Under the pieces are notes generated by a model. It worked only from the letters and a program-made list of their open reading frames with translations. It did no database searches and had not been told where the DNA came from. The translations under genes were made by a program, and so were the position numbers. A stretch of DNA of 64,000 bases from an uncultured Gemmatimonadaceae bacterium (GTDB taxonomy: Bacteria; Gemmatimonadota; Gemmatimonadetes; Gemmatimonadales; Gemmatimonadaceae): NCBI GenBank assembly GCA_963740355.1, contig CAVUDW010000002.1:2208001-2272000 (forward strand), given 5' to 3'. Each line of letters begins with the position of its first letter. Positions within the stretch are counted from its first letter, which is position 1. Positions 60,325-64,000 of this stretch are shown here, piece after piece.

Positions 60325-61110
60325 ATGCTGCTCGTCTGCGATGTCGGCAATACGGAAACGACGATCGGCCTCGCCGATACCGGACGAATCATCGCGCATT
60401 GGCGCGTGATGACGAATGCATCCCGCACACCACATGAACTCGCGATTCTGCTGCGATCGTTGCTCGATCTCGAGCAGGTGCGGTATGACGCCGTGCATGG
60501 CGCCGCCATCGGCTCGGTGGTGCCGGCGGTCACGGCGCCACTGAAGGACGGCATCGCGATCGGCTTTGGTGTGTCGGCGCTGGTCGTCGATGCCAACAGC
60601 GGATTACCGATCACGCTCGATGTCGACGAGCCGCAAACGGTTGGAGCGGATCGCATCATCAACACGCTCGCAGCCAGCCGCATCTACGAGCGCGATTGCA
60701 TCGTCGTCGACCTCGGCACGGCCACCACCTACGATTGCATCACGCGTGAGGGCGTGTTTCTCGGCGGCGTGATCGCACCGGGCGTGCTGACGTCGCTCGA
60801 GACACTCACGCGACGGACGTCGAAGCTTCCCGCCACCGAGTTGCGCGCGCCACTGCGCGTGATCGGCCGCAGGACGGAGGAGTGCATCCGGTCTGGTGTC
60901 GTGTACGGTGCCGTGGACGCGATCACAGGCATCGTTGGTCGCATCCGGTCGGAGTGGCCGACGGGCCGAGCGCCGCTGGTGATCGGCACCGGCGGACTGG
61001 CCGCCATGCTGGCGCCATTTTGTCCGGCGCTGGAGGTCATCGACGCCGATCTGACGCTCCGGGGACTCCAGTTGGCCCACGATCTCGTCTCCGCCGAGTT
61101 GGCAGACTGA
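60325..61110 (+). CDS. coaX: Type III pantothenate kinase
   Basis: DVGNT, VGADR, VDLGTATT, GGVIAPG, TGG, LTLRGL. Confidence 0.93.
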   Translation: MLLVCDVGNTETTIGLADTGRIIAHWRVMTNASRTPHELAILLRSLLDLEQVRYDAVHGAAIGSVVPAVTAPLKDGIAIGFGVSALVVDANSGLPITLDVDEPQTVGADRIINTLAASRIYERDCIVVDLGTATTYDCITREGVFLGGVIAPGVLTSLETLTRRTSKLPATELRAPLRVIGRRTEECIRSGVVYGAVDAITGIVGRIRSEWPTGRAPLVIGTGGLAAMLAPFCPALEVIDADLTLRGLQLAHDLVSAELAD

Positions 61111-61216
61111 GGCCGCCTGCGGCCCTCGATGAGGTGTCGGTAGAAGCTTGTAACCTCTTTTCAGTCAACGGGTTACGCGTGTACCTTGGTCCGGCGTCTC
61201 GGTTCCGTGACTGCGC

Positions 61217-61244
61217 TTGACTGGCCTGCCGCAGTGACTATCTT
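61217..61244 (+). promoter_or_regulatory. Putative groE promoter
   Basis: TTGACT-N16-TATCTT just upstream of the CIRCE. Confidence 0.55.
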
Positions 61245-61251
61245 CCCGTTG

Positions 61252-61278
61252 TTAGCAGTCATCCACGTCGACTGCTAA
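61252..61278 (+). promoter_or_regulatory. CIRCE element (HrcA operator)
   Basis: TTAGCAGTC-N9-GACTGCTAA perfect inverted repeat upstream of groES. Confidence 0.9.
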
Positions 61279-61342
61279 CACTGCGCGCGTGTACTGGTTC
61301 GCGCGCTCACATATGTCACACGTCAGGTCTGGAGGAAGGACG

Positions 61343-61651
61343 ATGACCACCAAGAGTGCCATCGGCGCCAAGGTCACCCCGTTGGCCGATCGCGTTGTCG
61401 TGAAGCCGCTCGAAGAAGCGGAGCAGATGCGCGGTGGGCTGTACATCCCGGATACCGCCAAGGAAAAGCCCCAGCAGGGCGAGATCGTGGCTGTTGGACC
61501 GGGCAAGTACGAAGACGGAAAGCTGGCCCCGATGACCGTGAAGGTCGGTGACCGTGTGTTGTACGGCAAGTACAGCGGCACCGAAGTCACGATCGAGGGC
61601 GAGAACGTGCTCATTCTCCGCGAGTCAGATGTACTCGCGGTCCTCGCCTAA
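61343..61651 (+). CDS. groES: Co-chaperonin GroES
   Basis: [37 protein letters not shown]. Confidence 0.97.
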   Translation: MTTKSAIGAKVTPLADRVVVKPLEEAEQMRGGLYIPDTAKEKPQQGEIVAVGPGKYEDGKLAPMTVKVGDRVLYGKYSGTEVTIEGENVLILRESDVLAVLA

Positions 61652-61667
61652 TCGCTTTCGAGGATAG

Positions 61668-63317
<1,650 letters not shown>

Positions 63318-63340
63318 TCGTTCCACGCGCTTGCAAGACG

Positions 63341-63376
63341 AACGGGGCGGTGCATCTCACGATGCGCCGCCCCGTT
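63341..63376. terminator. Hairpin terminator after groEL
   Basis: AACGGGGCGGTGCATC-TCAC-GATGCGCCGCCCCGTT. Confidence 0.7.
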
Positions 63377-63436
63377 TCGCGTCGTACTGCCCTGCAGCAC
63401 CGTCGCGCGCCGCGCGCACGTTGCACTCCTGCGACG

Positions 63437-63751
63437 TCAGTGCATGCGCTGCGCCAGGAGCTCGAGTTCTTCAAGGAGCCCGCGCAACGCTGGCGCACTC
63501 GACGGACTGATGCCGCGCAACGCGCCTAGCGCCGTCACGTGCACGCGCAGCGACTCGACTTCGGTTGATGTCACCCAGAAGTCCTGCCAGTCATCCTCGC
63601 TCTGGTCGTCGGCGAAGGATGCGAGGCGGTCGCAGATGCCAGCGAGGTCGAACAGTGCGCCGCGTTCTTGCTCAGCACCACCCTTGCGACCTGCGCCATC
63701 GCCTCGCAGCGCGCGTGTCACATCGCGCAGCGCAATGATGCCCAACTGCAT
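63437..63751 (-). CDS. Small hypothetical protein
   Basis: Protein-like helical ORF (LFDLAGICDRLASF..WQDFWV..LLEELELL) downstream of the minus-strand gene; start uncertain. Confidence 0.45.
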   Translation of the reverse strand: MQLGIIALRDVTRALRGDGAGRKGGAEQERGALFDLAGICDRLASFADDQSEDDWQDFWVTSTEVESLRVHVTALGALRGISPSSAPALRGLLEELELLAQRMH

Positions 63752-63798
63752 CCGCTCGCGCCGCGTTGGTGCGGCGCCCGGCGTATCGTCGCGCCGCC

Positions 63799-64000
63799 TC
63801 AGCTGGCCGGCTCGCTGGTTGCATCGTACACCGCGTTGAGGCACGCGCGCATCGATGCCGTCATGGTCACCTTGCGTCGCGCCATCACGCGCACCGCCGT
63901 CTCGAAGAAGCGTGTCCGATCATAGCGCTCATTCCGGTTCCCGAACGCGAACGCGGGCACCATCCGCGGCACGACGTCGTCGCTGATCACGTTCGCGCCC
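63799..64000 (-). CDS. C-terminus of a putative sugar nucleotidyltransferase (GlmU-like family), truncated by the window edge
   Basis: GANV...PRMVPAFAFG..Y..RFFETAVRVMARRKV resembles the C-terminus of this family. Confidence 0.55.
   Translation of the reverse strand, partial: GANVISDDVVPRMVPAFAFGNRNERYDRTRFFETAVRVMARRKVTMTASMRACLNAVYDATSEPAS

Overview
High-GC (roughly two-thirds G+C by eye) bacterial core-genome segment with about 62 CDS. Almost all are on the + strand, many with overlapping start/stop codons. Protein style and gene order resemble Gemmatimonadota (my inference, not a database result). Gene order: comEC, HExxH protein, fbp, mutase N-subunit; FmdB-like, argS, pfkB, purM, OM protein; ribD-ribE-ribBA-ribH-nusB, GT4, hpf, hprK, a complete mannose-family PTS (IIA/B/C/D, HPr, EI); metK, DUF151, membrane protein, FecCD-type ABC permease/ATPase, recO; clpB, tadA, two tRNA-Ser; secreted protein, TonB-dependent receptor, GDPD; pyrR-pyrB-pyrC, class II aldolase; rpsT; scpA-scpB-rluB; MoxR(frameshifted)-DUF58-Bat/VWA cluster; mutL-miaA-bshA; metzincin lipoprotein; uppP-birA-coaX; CIRCE-groES-groEL. 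I found no CRISPR array, prophage, transposase, integrase or defence island, and no clear-cut novel system. The most notable oddities are a +1 frameshift in MoxR, a stand-alone T9SS-CTD/FlgD-like protein, a cysteine-free FmdB-like protein, a MutL with DVHGRA in place of CPHGRP, a covarying CIRCE variant, several apparently leaderless genes, and a TonB receptor with a large Ala/Gly insert next to a GDPD.
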